From Desulfobacterium sp. (GTDB lineage: Bacteria; Desulfobacterota; Desulfobacteria; Desulfobacterales; SURF-7), in the NCBI GenBank assembly GCA_013824585.1, contig PNOB01000003.1:1-36759 (forward strand): a DNA stretch of 36,759 nucleotides. The letters run 5' to 3'. Below are positions 7,509 to 15,328 of this stretch, piece after piece; within the stretch, counting starts at the first letter, position 1, and every line of letters begins with the position of its first letter. The translations under genes were made by a program, and so were the position numbers. Below the pieces are notes generated by a model. It was given only the letters and a program-made list of their open reading frames with translations, was not told the DNA's origin and did not search any database.

Positions 7509-9323
7509 TCAGTTTCCCGGTGTATATTGGGTAATCACACCATCAAAGGTGCCTGTAATCGTTCCTGTGATTGAGGTTTCATCTTGGCATGCAGCGTCCT
7601 GACACTGATACCCCCCCAATACATCTACATCAAAACTGCCTGTCAAACGCTCTCCATACTGGGTGCCATAAGTTTGTATGGTAACGCTTCCGGAAGTTCC
7701 GGCCATATCCGATCCGAAAGTAACTGGTTGTCCATTTGGTTTATCAATAATATCTTTACTGCTAAAGAGGACGATTGGCGTGTCGCATTGGCCGAAGCCC
7801 AGGTTCCAAGTACCTGTTCCCATGTAATTGTTCAGCACCACGGTTAAAATATCGCTGGTTGTAAAATTCATTACATTTCCGCCGGAACTGGCATAGATGG
7901 TTGGGACCATGTATTTGTTGATGCTGTCATCACACTCTCCAAGCGCAATCACCTTGAAATTAGGAGAAAATTTACCATAACCGGGAATATTTACATTTGC
8001 ACTCAGGGTTATGCCGGCTGGGCTGTTGTCCTGACATGACGCATGCGTATCGCATTGACCGTCGTAACAATCGATGAGCATGTTACAATTGTTATCCATG
8101 CCGTCTGTGCAGATCTCTGGGGCATTGGGGTGAATGGCTGCATTTTGATCATTACAGTCGCCTTGGACTTCCGAAAACCCATCCTTATCATCGTCCGTCA
8201 GTGCCCGAACAGGAACAAGCTTTACAAGGGACTGAATCGGACTATTTCCGTTGGCATCCACACAAATCGAGGTCTTCCGCAGATGGCCGTCTTCCATCAG
8301 CAGGAAGGTCCAGTCTCCTTTCGGGACATTGTAAAATGAACCGTTCTGACTCGTACCGATATAGATATCATCCGGAGTCAGATCATTTGGATTGATGGCC
8401 TGGATCTGCCGAAAATCCGGATTATCCAGTTTCAGGGAACCATCCGTATCATCGCAGCGCCTGATACCGAAAGCTTTTTTGATGGAATCGACATCGTCAT
8501 AAGTGTCATATGCCTCAATCAGAAATTTTATGGTTTTCCATTCCTGGACACCGGCGGCCCAACTGGATATGTCGGTAACACCATTGGAAATCGTTGCCTT
8601 GATTGCCTCCCCGGCAGCTTTGGGCCACTTTTGGATAATACAGGCAAGCTTTTCCGCTCTCCATTTCATGCATTCGGAAAATCTCGCATCTGTTGCAGCC
8701 GGCATTGGATTGCATTCCGGCAAACCATCACATTCATGAATAGCATCGGCAGCTCCTTTTCCTGCGGCAGCGACTGCTCCGAAAACGGACAGCAGAACAA
8801 GGGCGCCCCCTATCAGGCCGATGGACTGGGAATCCCGGATGACGACCGATGTTTCATCATTTCCGGATTCCAGTGAATCTGCGATGATTTTTTCCTGATC
8901 TTTCAATGCTTCCACGGAAAGGCTGAATGTGTCGGCCGCCGATTGAACATCATTGGCAAGCTCTGTGAGTTGAGCAATGAGATTGGCAGCCTCCTCAGGG
9001 TGTTCGTCAATATAGTCCTCGATCGCTTTCTGATTCGGGGACACTGTTCCAAATGCATCTTCAATCAGCTCCCTGCCGGACTTGAGGTCATTTTCCATTT
9101 CCACTGCACCGGATATCGCAGATTCGGCCGATCTGTTCTGACTGTCCACGGCATTTGCTACTGTCGTATTCGTGCTGGATGGAGTATTGGTGTTGTCCGT
9201 GCTATTGTCTGAACTGCTGCAACTTGATAAAAAAGGAGTGATAATAAAAAAGAAGATTATATGATAAATGAATAATTCCCGGATGACTGCATTGTTCCAA
9301 AAACGTTTGACATTTTTGTGCAT
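7509..9323 (-). CDS. Large Cys-rich lipoprotein with a putative metal-binding (MopE-like, DxDxDG...DCND...CxDGxDNNC) motif
   Basis: Hydrophobic N-region, LSSC lipobox and Ser/Thr/Asn linker; DDDKDGFSEVQGDCNDQNAAIHPNAPEICTDGMDNNCNMLIDC; AAGGAGG SD. Confidence 0.75.
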   Translation of the reverse strand: MHKNVKRFWNNAVIRELFIYHIIFFFIITPFLSSCSSSDNSTDNTNTPSSTNTTVANAVDSQNRSAESAISGAVEMENDLKSGRELIEDAFGTVSPNQKAIEDYIDEHPEEAANLIAQLTELANDVQSAADTFSLSVEALKDQEKIIADSLESGNDETSVVIRDSQSIGLIGGALVLLSVFGAVAAAGKGAADAIHECDGLPECNPMPAATDARFSECMKWRAEKLACIIQKWPKAAGEAIKATISNGVTDISSWAAGVQEWKTIKFLIEAYDTYDDVDSIKKAFGIRRCDDTDGSLKLDNPDFRQIQAINPNDLTPDDIYIGTSQNGSFYNVPKGDWTFLLMEDGHLRKTSICVDANGNSPIQSLVKLVPVRALTDDDKDGFSEVQGDCNDQNAAIHPNAPEICTDGMDNNCNMLIDCYDGQCDTHASCQDNSPAGITLSANVNIPGYGKFSPNFKVIALGECDDSINKYMVPTIYASSGGNVMNFTTSDILTVVLNNYMGTGTWNLGFGQCDTPIVLFSSKDIIDKPNGQPVTFGSDMAGTSGSVTIQTYGTQYGERLTGSFDVDVLGGYQCQDAACQDETSITGTITGTFDGVITQYTPGN

Positions 9324-9364
9324 ATTGCACCTCCTTTTGAGAAGAACTCGGTTTTCATGTGTAT

Positions 9365-9393
9365 TTTATATTTGAGATTCAATTGTGTGTCAA
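9365..9393 (-). promoter_or_regulatory. sigma70 promoter of the lipoprotein gene
   Basis: Minus strand TTGACA-N17-TATAAA. Confidence 0.55.
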
Positions 9394-9461
9394 GAAATTG
9401 AAATTCATCTTATTGGGTCAGGTCAAAAATCGAAATATGATCATGTTTTTTTAAAAAATGC

Positions 9462-9490
9462 TTGATTTTTAATGATACTATCATTAAAAT
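9462..9490 (+). promoter_or_regulatory. sigma70 promoter overlapped by an 11-1-11 inverted repeat, upstream of the AAA/DUF4143 gene
   Basis: TTGATT-N17-TAAAAT; TTTTAATGATA-C-TATCATTAAAA (9467-9489) covers the spacer and -10. Confidence 0.65.
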
Positions 9491-9498
9491 TCGATATT

Positions 9499-10752
9499 AT
9501 GTATCATCAAAGAATCCTCACCAACAGACTCGAAAGGCTTTTTTCGGTTTTTCCCCTGGTTGTCGTCAGCGGTGCCCGGCAGGTTGGCAAGAGCACACTG
9601 CTGGCCAATACTCTTGGCAGGGAAATGGACATGGTTGTCTTTGATCCGGTTATCGATATCGAAAATGCCCGACAGGATCCCGAGCTTTTTCTGAACAATC
9701 GTCCTCCTCCAGTCATTCTCGATGAAATCCAGTATTCTCCGGAGCTGGTGGCTGCCATAAAACGGAGGGTTGACCGGGAGTGCAAGCCTGGGCAATATGT
9801 CCTCACCGGATCTCAACAGTGGGGGGTGTTGCGGTCCATCTCGGAAAGTCTTGCGGGCAGGGCCGTTTTTCTTGATCTTGATGGTTTTACACTTTCGGAA
9901 ACAGTGAATCAGAGTGGTCACGAACCATGGCTTGAACAGTGGCTGACTGATCCCCTTGCCCTGGTCAAATCAAAATCAGGCCGCCTGCCGATAAAAAGAA
10001 CCCTTTATGAACAGCTTTGGCGAGGCTTCCTTCCGGATGCACAATTTATCCCCCTGGACACGATCCCTGCTTTTTATCAGGCTTATCAACGGACGTATAT
10101 TGAACGGGATGTTCGTCTGCTGGCAGATGTATCAGACTGGCAGTTGTTTGGCCGTTTTTTGCGATTAACAGCAGCCCTCACAGCTCAGGAGATCAATCAC
10201 AGCGAGATAGGCAGGGAGCTGGGAATTACCCCGCAAACAGCAGGACGCTGGCTTGATATTTTAAAAGCAACATTTCAGTGGTTTGAACTTCCGGCTTTTT
10301 CCGGAAATGCGGTAAAAAAAGTCAGCGGCAAACCCAAAGGATATATTTCCGATACTGGCCTTGCCTGCGCTGCACAGGCAATTTCATCGCCTACTGCTAT
10401 CGGCGGACACCCATTATGGGGCGCATTATTCGAGACCGCTTCCGTAGCGGAAATTAAAAAACAGTGCTCTTTTTTGTCGCCGTCCCCCAGGATGTATCAC
10501 TGGCGAGCCTATGGCGGTGCTGAAGTGGATATTTTACTGGAATATAACGGCAAATTCTACCCAATCGAAATCAAGGCCAAGACCAATCCAAGCCGCCGGG
10601 ATACCTCCGGGATTTCTGCTTTTCGGGCCGGATATCCAAATCTTTCCATTGAAAAAGGACTGATTCTGGCGCCGGTGGAAAGGGTATTGCAGATTTCAGA
10701 GAATGATTTTTCCTTACCATGGGATATCATGACGGAAACAGCAGAAGTTTGA
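9499..10752 (+). CDS. AAA_14-type ATPase with C-terminal DUF4143 (PD-(D/E)xK-like) domain
   Basis: GARQVGKST Walker A, ILDEIQ Walker B, LTGS, ESLAGR, YIERDV, GALFET, EVDILL...PIEIK; start placed at ATG 9499 (ORF track 9472). Confidence 0.88.
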   Translation: MYHQRILTNRLERLFSVFPLVVVSGARQVGKSTLLANTLGREMDMVVFDPVIDIENARQDPELFLNNRPPPVILDEIQYSPELVAAIKRRVDRECKPGQYVLTGSQQWGVLRSISESLAGRAVFLDLDGFTLSETVNQSGHEPWLEQWLTDPLALVKSKSGRLPIKRTLYEQLWRGFLPDAQFIPLDTIPAFYQAYQRTYIERDVRLLADVSDWQLFGRFLRLTAALTAQEINHSEIGRELGITPQTAGRWLDILKATFQWFELPAFSGNAVKKVSGKPKGYISDTGLACAAQAISSPTAIGGHPLWGALFETASVAEIKKQCSFLSPSPRMYHWRAYGGAEVDILLEYNGKFYPIEIKAKTNPSRRDTSGISAFRAGYPNLSIEKGLILAPVERVLQISENDFSLPWDIMTETAEV

Positions 10753-10866
10753 CTAAGGTTCTGATTGACTCAATCTAGTTAAAGTCCGATTTAATATTTT
10801 TAAAGGATGCCATCAACGCATGGCTTGCAGTTTTTTTACAAGAGTATTGTTTGTACTTCCTTCAAG

Positions 10867-11883
10867 CTATTCAACCAATATCGGATTTTGAACCAGCCAT
10901 TCTTTCAGGCGTTTGAATCCTTCTTCGGTGGAAATTTGAGGTGAATATCCCAGATCTTTCTTGGCAGCGCTGATATCAAACCAGTGAGATGTTCCCAGTT
11001 CGTTTGCCACGAATCGGGTCATTTTCGGCTCTCCGGGAATCCGGAAAACAGTGTATACAAACTCAAGGATTGCTCCAATGGTCCAAACCACCTTGACCGG
11101 GAGGGTTTTGGTAATCGGTGGCAAATCGGCGGCATTCAGGATTCCATTGATCATGTCCCACATGGGGATTGGTTTGTCCTGACTGATAAAATAGACCTTC
11201 CCGGAAAGCGACGGGTTTTCTTCCAGCTTTTTTGCAGCCAGAATATGGGCATCAGCGGCATTGTCAATATAGATGGTGTCCACCAGGTTGTTCCGGTTTC
11301 CCACACGGACCAGTTTTCTGGAACGCTGAATGACCCGCGGGACAAGATGTGGATCACCTGGTCCCCATATCAGGTGGGGACGAAGGATGATTGTATTCAA
11401 TCCCTGTTTTGCAGCTTCACGAACCTCTTTTTCCGCAATGGTTTTGGTTCGGGTATAATGGGTATGGGATTCTTCCGGATAGGGGAGGGATTCATTTACT
11501 CCTTCCATATCTTCACCAGTGAAGATAACACTGGGTGAACTGGTATAGATCAAATTTTTGATATTATTCTTTTTACAGGCATGGATTACGTTTCGGGTAC
11601 CCAGAACATTGGGTTTGAAATATTCATCATAGGTTCCCCAAACCCCTGGTTTTGCGGCAACATGATAAACAATATCCATTCCGGATAATGCATTTTCAAC
11701 TGCGTTTTTGTCGGAAAGATCCCCCTGAATCTGCTGAACACCCAAGGCATCAAGATCAGGATAGGAATGGCGGGAAAAATTCCATACCTGTTGACCTTGT
11801 TCAACCAGTTTCCGGATAATGGCTTTGCCTAAAAAGCCGCCTCCGCCGGTTACCAGCACTTTTTTTGGATACATGCTGTCCAT
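10867..11883 (-). CDS. oleD: OleD-like 2-alkyl-3-oxoalkanoate reductase (3-beta-HSD/extended SDR)
   Basis: VTGGGGFLG, HVAAK, YTSSPSV, YTRTK (YxxxK), LRPHLIWGPGDPHLVPR; sits with oleB/oleC homologues. Confidence 0.85.
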   Translation of the reverse strand: MDSMYPKKVLVTGGGGFLGKAIIRKLVEQGQQVWNFSRHSYPDLDALGVQQIQGDLSDKNAVENALSGMDIVYHVAAKPGVWGTYDEYFKPNVLGTRNVIHACKKNNIKNLIYTSSPSVIFTGEDMEGVNESLPYPEESHTHYTRTKTIAEKEVREAAKQGLNTIILRPHLIWGPGDPHLVPRVIQRSRKLVRVGNRNNLVDTIYIDNAADAHILAAKKLEENPSLSGKVYFISQDKPIPMWDMINGILNAADLPPITKTLPVKVVWTIGAILEFVYTVFRIPGEPKMTRFVANELGTSHWFDISAAKKDLGYSPQISTEEGFKRLKEWLVQNPILVE

Positions 11884-11900
11884 TTTATCTCCTAATGCTA

Positions 11901-11935
11901 AATTGATAATTAGTCATTAACAATTGTTAATTGAT
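11901..11935. repeat. Degenerate heptamer tandem containing a perfect 16-bp palindrome
   Basis: AATTGAT|AATTAGT|CATTAAC|AATTGTT|AATTGAT; ATTAACAATTGTTAAT at 11916-11931 is self-complementary. Confidence 0.5.
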
Positions 11936-12016
11936 AAGTCAGCGTTTATGCCCCTTCAGCTAATGCCAAATGCCACCAAGGGGAATGAACAATGACCGGG
12001 AGTTTTTGTAAAACAA

Positions 12017-13675
12017 TTATTTCAATTGCTCTTCCGCCCAGATGGCCAGTTCTTCCCGGATAATTTTTGTATGATGCAGGTCATCCACTGGAAGTACATT
12101 GTGAAACAGGATTGTTTTAATGTTCTGAGTGATTACATTTTTTTCTGCCAAAGCCAGAAGCTCCATTTCAATACGGTTTTGTTCAAGATTGTGGCTCTCT
12201 TCCAGTTCGACGCAAATCACCGGTGTTTTGTTTTCCTCTGACCCGATACCGACAAGTGCGCTTCGATAAACATCCGGGTGGGTATTGAAGATCGCTTCAC
12301 AGGGAATCGAATAAAATGTTCCCTGTTCTGTAATGACTCGATGGCTCTTCCTGCCGCAGAACCAGTAACGATTGTTCTTGTCCATCCATCCAAGGTCACC
12401 CATCCGGTGCCATGTTTCACTGTTTTCCTTTATTTTTTGCAGGGTGTCATGTTCACTGTTTTCCAGATAATTTCTGGATACAAGATCGCCCTTGACAATA
12501 AATTCACCAATCTCGCCATGTGGAAGCAGCAGATCATCGGAGAAAATGGATACAGGGGAATCTGTGATCTGAATCAGACGGACGTCAATCTCTTTGATCG
12601 GACGGCCAATACAGTTTCCATATCCTTTTTCACTCAAGCCTTTTGTCTCGGAAAGGATTTCGTTGCTGCCAATGGACAGGATCGGCATGGCTTCTGTCGA
12701 ACCATAGGAAGTATGAACTTCAGCGGTTCCGGATAACATTTTAGCAAATCGCTCAACGCGTGAAGGCTGAAACGGCGCACCAACGGAAATAACTCTTTTC
12801 AGGGAAGAAAGCATAATCCTGTTATTTTGCCCATATCGCCCCACCAGGTCTAACAGGGCAGGGGAGGTGATCATGTTGGTAACACCCTGGTCAAAGATCG
12901 TCTCAATGATGTTCTGCGGGTTCACAAGGGCCAGGTGTGCAGGATCCATATCCGGAATAACCGAAGTCATGCCAAGAGCCGGGCCAAAAAGAGCAAATGA
13001 AGAAAGTGTCGCGAGATCGATTTCATCGGATGAAATATCAAACTGGTCTTTGATTTGCCGGAATTGGGCAGTCAGATTGCCATGGGTATATACCACCGCC
13101 TTGGCTGGTCCGGTGTTCCCGGGGGTGAACAGAATTGCGGCAGTATCATCTGCCTGTGTATCGGCAATAGCAGGTGTGATCCACGGAACTTTTCGAATGT
13201 CTTCCATAGTCATCCCGCCCCAGAACAGACGCTGGCCAGTCGTGATAAAGGTTTTCACACTTTTAAAAAGATCCGGGCGTAATATTTTGAGGATCCGGGT
13301 CCAGGGAACTCCGATAAAGGCTTCGGGCCTTGTTTCCTTCACGCAGCGAAGCAGAGGGGTGATTCCCATGCCAGGATCAACCAGAACCGGAATCGCACCG
13401 ATCTTCAAGAGGGCAAAGGCAAGTGAGAAAAAATCAAGGCATGGCTTTATCATGAGAATGGTTTTTGTATTGCGAACAACACCTGCTTTTTCAAGGCCGG
13501 CAGCCATACAGTCCGATTCCTGTTCCAGTTGACGAAAAGTGAAATGGGAATAAGTCAGACGACCATTTTGATTCCTGGATTCAGGATATACAACAGCTCG
13601 TTTATACGGGTCTTTTTTTGCCGTCTCCGTCACACCGGAGGAGACATTGACAATTGTTTCGTTTGATAGGGTCAC
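12017..13675 (-). CDS. oleC: OleC-like AMP-dependent ligase (olefin beta-lactone synthetase family) with divergent active-site motifs
   Basis: GAIPVLVDPGMG, FALFGPALGMTSVIPDMDP, WHRMGDLG, WFCGRKSHRV, CEAIFNTHP; P-loop reads FTPGNTGPAKA; GTG start overlaps the upstream stop. Confidence 0.85.
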   Translation of the reverse strand: MTLSNETIVNVSSGVTETAKKDPYKRAVVYPESRNQNGRLTYSHFTFRQLEQESDCMAAGLEKAGVVRNTKTILMIKPCLDFFSLAFALLKIGAIPVLVDPGMGITPLLRCVKETRPEAFIGVPWTRILKILRPDLFKSVKTFITTGQRLFWGGMTMEDIRKVPWITPAIADTQADDTAAILFTPGNTGPAKAVVYTHGNLTAQFRQIKDQFDISSDEIDLATLSSFALFGPALGMTSVIPDMDPAHLALVNPQNIIETIFDQGVTNMITSPALLDLVGRYGQNNRIMLSSLKRVISVGAPFQPSRVERFAKMLSGTAEVHTSYGSTEAMPILSIGSNEILSETKGLSEKGYGNCIGRPIKEIDVRLIQITDSPVSIFSDDLLLPHGEIGEFIVKGDLVSRNYLENSEHDTLQKIKENSETWHRMGDLGWMDKNNRYWFCGRKSHRVITEQGTFYSIPCEAIFNTHPDVYRSALVGIGSEENKTPVICVELEESHNLEQNRIEMELLALAEKNVITQNIKTILFHNVLPVDDLHHTKIIREELAIWAEEQLK

Positions 13676-14232
13676 TTTGAAATTTTTTCTTTTATTTTTT
13701 GGATAAAACTTTTTTCTTCGGTATTTTTCAGTCGAACAGTCTGTTTTTTTGATGTTTCAAGGGCTTCGGTTGCTGAAGCCAGCAACTCTTCCTTTTTGGA
13801 TGCCAGAAGTTCCGTTCCTTTTTCCGTGTTAACCGTGTACGCGACAAACAGGGGTTCGATGTTTTTTTCCAGATTTTCAATTAGTGTCTGAAGATCTTTT
13901 TGGGTTTTACTCCACATTTTTTTTTCATCCTGAACAATTTTTTTCTGTTTCGGATACTCATTTTCTATTATTTCAAGACGCTTCAATTCCTTTTCAATCA
14001 TAACAATTTCGTGGTTGAGTTCGAAAAGAGAGTTATAAACATCGGGCATGGATTGATGGACAAAGGCGATGGTTTCCTCCTGGAGATGGATATTTGCCAT
14101 TTCATTGTCAGAAGTCTTTTCTGCATTCAAAAATTTATAGGCAAAAAATCCTCCTGCTGCAACAGCTATTGTAATCATCAACAGCAGAATGAAAAGCAGT
14201 TTTCCTGAGTTATTGTATTTATTTTTCATCAT
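13672..14232 (-). CDS. Hypothetical single-TM, coiled-coil protein inside the ole operon (orfX)
   Basis: N-terminal hydrophobic anchor LLFILLLMITIAVAAGGFFAY followed by ~150 aa of E/K/L-rich helical sequence; GTGA overlap with oleC. Confidence 0.8.
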   Translation of the reverse strand: MMKNKYNNSGKLLFILLLMITIAVAAGGFFAYKFLNAEKTSDNEMANIHLQEETIAFVHQSMPDVYNSLFELNHEIVMIEKELKRLEIIENEYPKQKKIVQDEKKMWSKTQKDLQTLIENLEKNIEPLFVAYTVNTEKGTELLASKKEELLASATEALETSKKQTVRLKNTEEKSFIQKIKEKISK

Positions 14233-14281
14233 CGATACATTGCAATCGTTTTATGTGCCTAAAAAGACAGACCAACCTATT

Positions 14282-15193
14282 TTATATTGGATGAGATTTT
14301 AAGAAATTTTGAACAATCGGCAGAATTTTATCCGGTACATCCTCCAGCAGATAGTGTCCGGCATCTGAAAAAAGATGGTATTCTGCATCTGGAAATCTTC
14401 GCCTCCATTCTTCAAAAAATGCGATTGTAAAAACAAAATCGTGTTTCCCCCAGCAGATCAGCTTGGGGATGTCCGAAAGCCTGTGAAGATTCTGATCCAC
14501 ATATTGCCCTAAATTATAACTGGGATCGCCTGGCTTTACAGGAATATCCTGAACAAACTTCAATGTTGCGATCCGGTTTTCCCATGAGTTGTAAGGGGCA
14601 ATCAGACCAGCTTTGACATCTTTTGTCAGACGTTTGTATGGAGCCATATACAGGGCAGCCCTTGAGAACAGATTAAACCCCTTTACCCCGATCGTGGCAA
14701 ACGGGGCGATATGGCGTATCAACCAGAGACGCAGCGGAAGCCCTTTTCCGCCAGGGGTAAAAAAACCGGCAGTGTTGGTAATCACGATTCGTTTAACTTT
14801 TGTAAGATTCCTCAATGCAAAGGCAAGGCCGATCATCCCGCCCCAGTCGTGAAGAACCAGTGTGATGCGGCTTTTTATATCAACATGATCCAGCAATGCC
14901 TCCAGATCCTCGACCCGGCTTTGGTATCGGTAATCATACTGGTTCTCAGATGGCTTGTCCGAAAGACCGCAACCAATGTGATCCGGCACAATGGTTCGAT
15001 AGCCGGAAGACAATCCTTTCACAAGGCTTCGATAATAAAATGACCAGGTAGGGTTTCCATGCAGCATGACCACAGGATCACCGGAACCTTCATCAAGGTA
15101 ATGCATCTGCATACCGTTTCTGTTCATAAAATGGGATTGAAACGGGTAGAGGTGCTGAAAAGGCGTAATATCAATTGGTTTACTGTTTTTCAT
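14282..15193 (-). CDS. oleB: OleB-like beta-lactone decarboxylase (haloalkane dehalogenase-like alpha/beta hydrolase)
   Basis: HGNPTWSFYYR, PDHIGCGLSDKP, HDWGG nucleophile elbow, WGKHDFVF, AGHYLLED; next to oleC/oleD homologues. Confidence 0.85.
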   Translation of the reverse strand: MKNSKPIDITPFQHLYPFQSHFMNRNGMQMHYLDEGSGDPVVMLHGNPTWSFYYRSLVKGLSSGYRTIVPDHIGCGLSDKPSENQYDYRYQSRVEDLEALLDHVDIKSRITLVLHDWGGMIGLAFALRNLTKVKRIVITNTAGFFTPGGKGLPLRLWLIRHIAPFATIGVKGFNLFSRAALYMAPYKRLTKDVKAGLIAPYNSWENRIATLKFVQDIPVKPGDPSYNLGQYVDQNLHRLSDIPKLICWGKHDFVFTIAFFEEWRRRFPDAEYHLFSDAGHYLLEDVPDKILPIVQNFLKSHPI

Positions 15194-15283
15194 TCTTGTC
15201 TGATACCTGAGTAGAGGGTTTTTTCAAAGCGATTTCCGGATGAATTGGCCGTCTTTGATTCAATTACGATAAAGATAAGGACT

Positions 15284-15312
15284 TCTATAGCTTACAAGCC
15301 TCTATAAAGCAA
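15284..15312 (-). promoter_or_regulatory. Candidate sigma70 promoter for the ole operon
   Basis: Minus strand TTGCTT-N17-TATAGA in the topA-oleB gap. Confidence 0.45.
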
Positions 15313-15328
15313 GGGAATGTATTTTTCA

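Noticed and set aside
9467-9489. Fur box interpretation of the AATGATA-C-TATCATT palindrome
   Set aside because: Arm spacing does not match the TGATAAT-N-ATTATCA 7-1-7 consensus and the downstream gene is not iron-related; not fully excluded
10765-10840. Short palindrome GATTGACTCAATC and weak hairpin between the AAA gene and oleD, considered as att site or oleA remnant
   Set aside because: No matching partner repeat was noticed, there is no integrase in the window, and no thiolase-like residual frame was seen
12867-13532. Long antisense ORFs (this one, also 15605-16207 and 34239-34898)
   Set aside because: They lie wholly opposite well-supported genes and show no motifs or SD
14282-15193. 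Haloalkane dehalogenase annotation
   Set aside because: Its position with oleC/oleD homologues makes an OleB beta-lactone decarboxylase the better call
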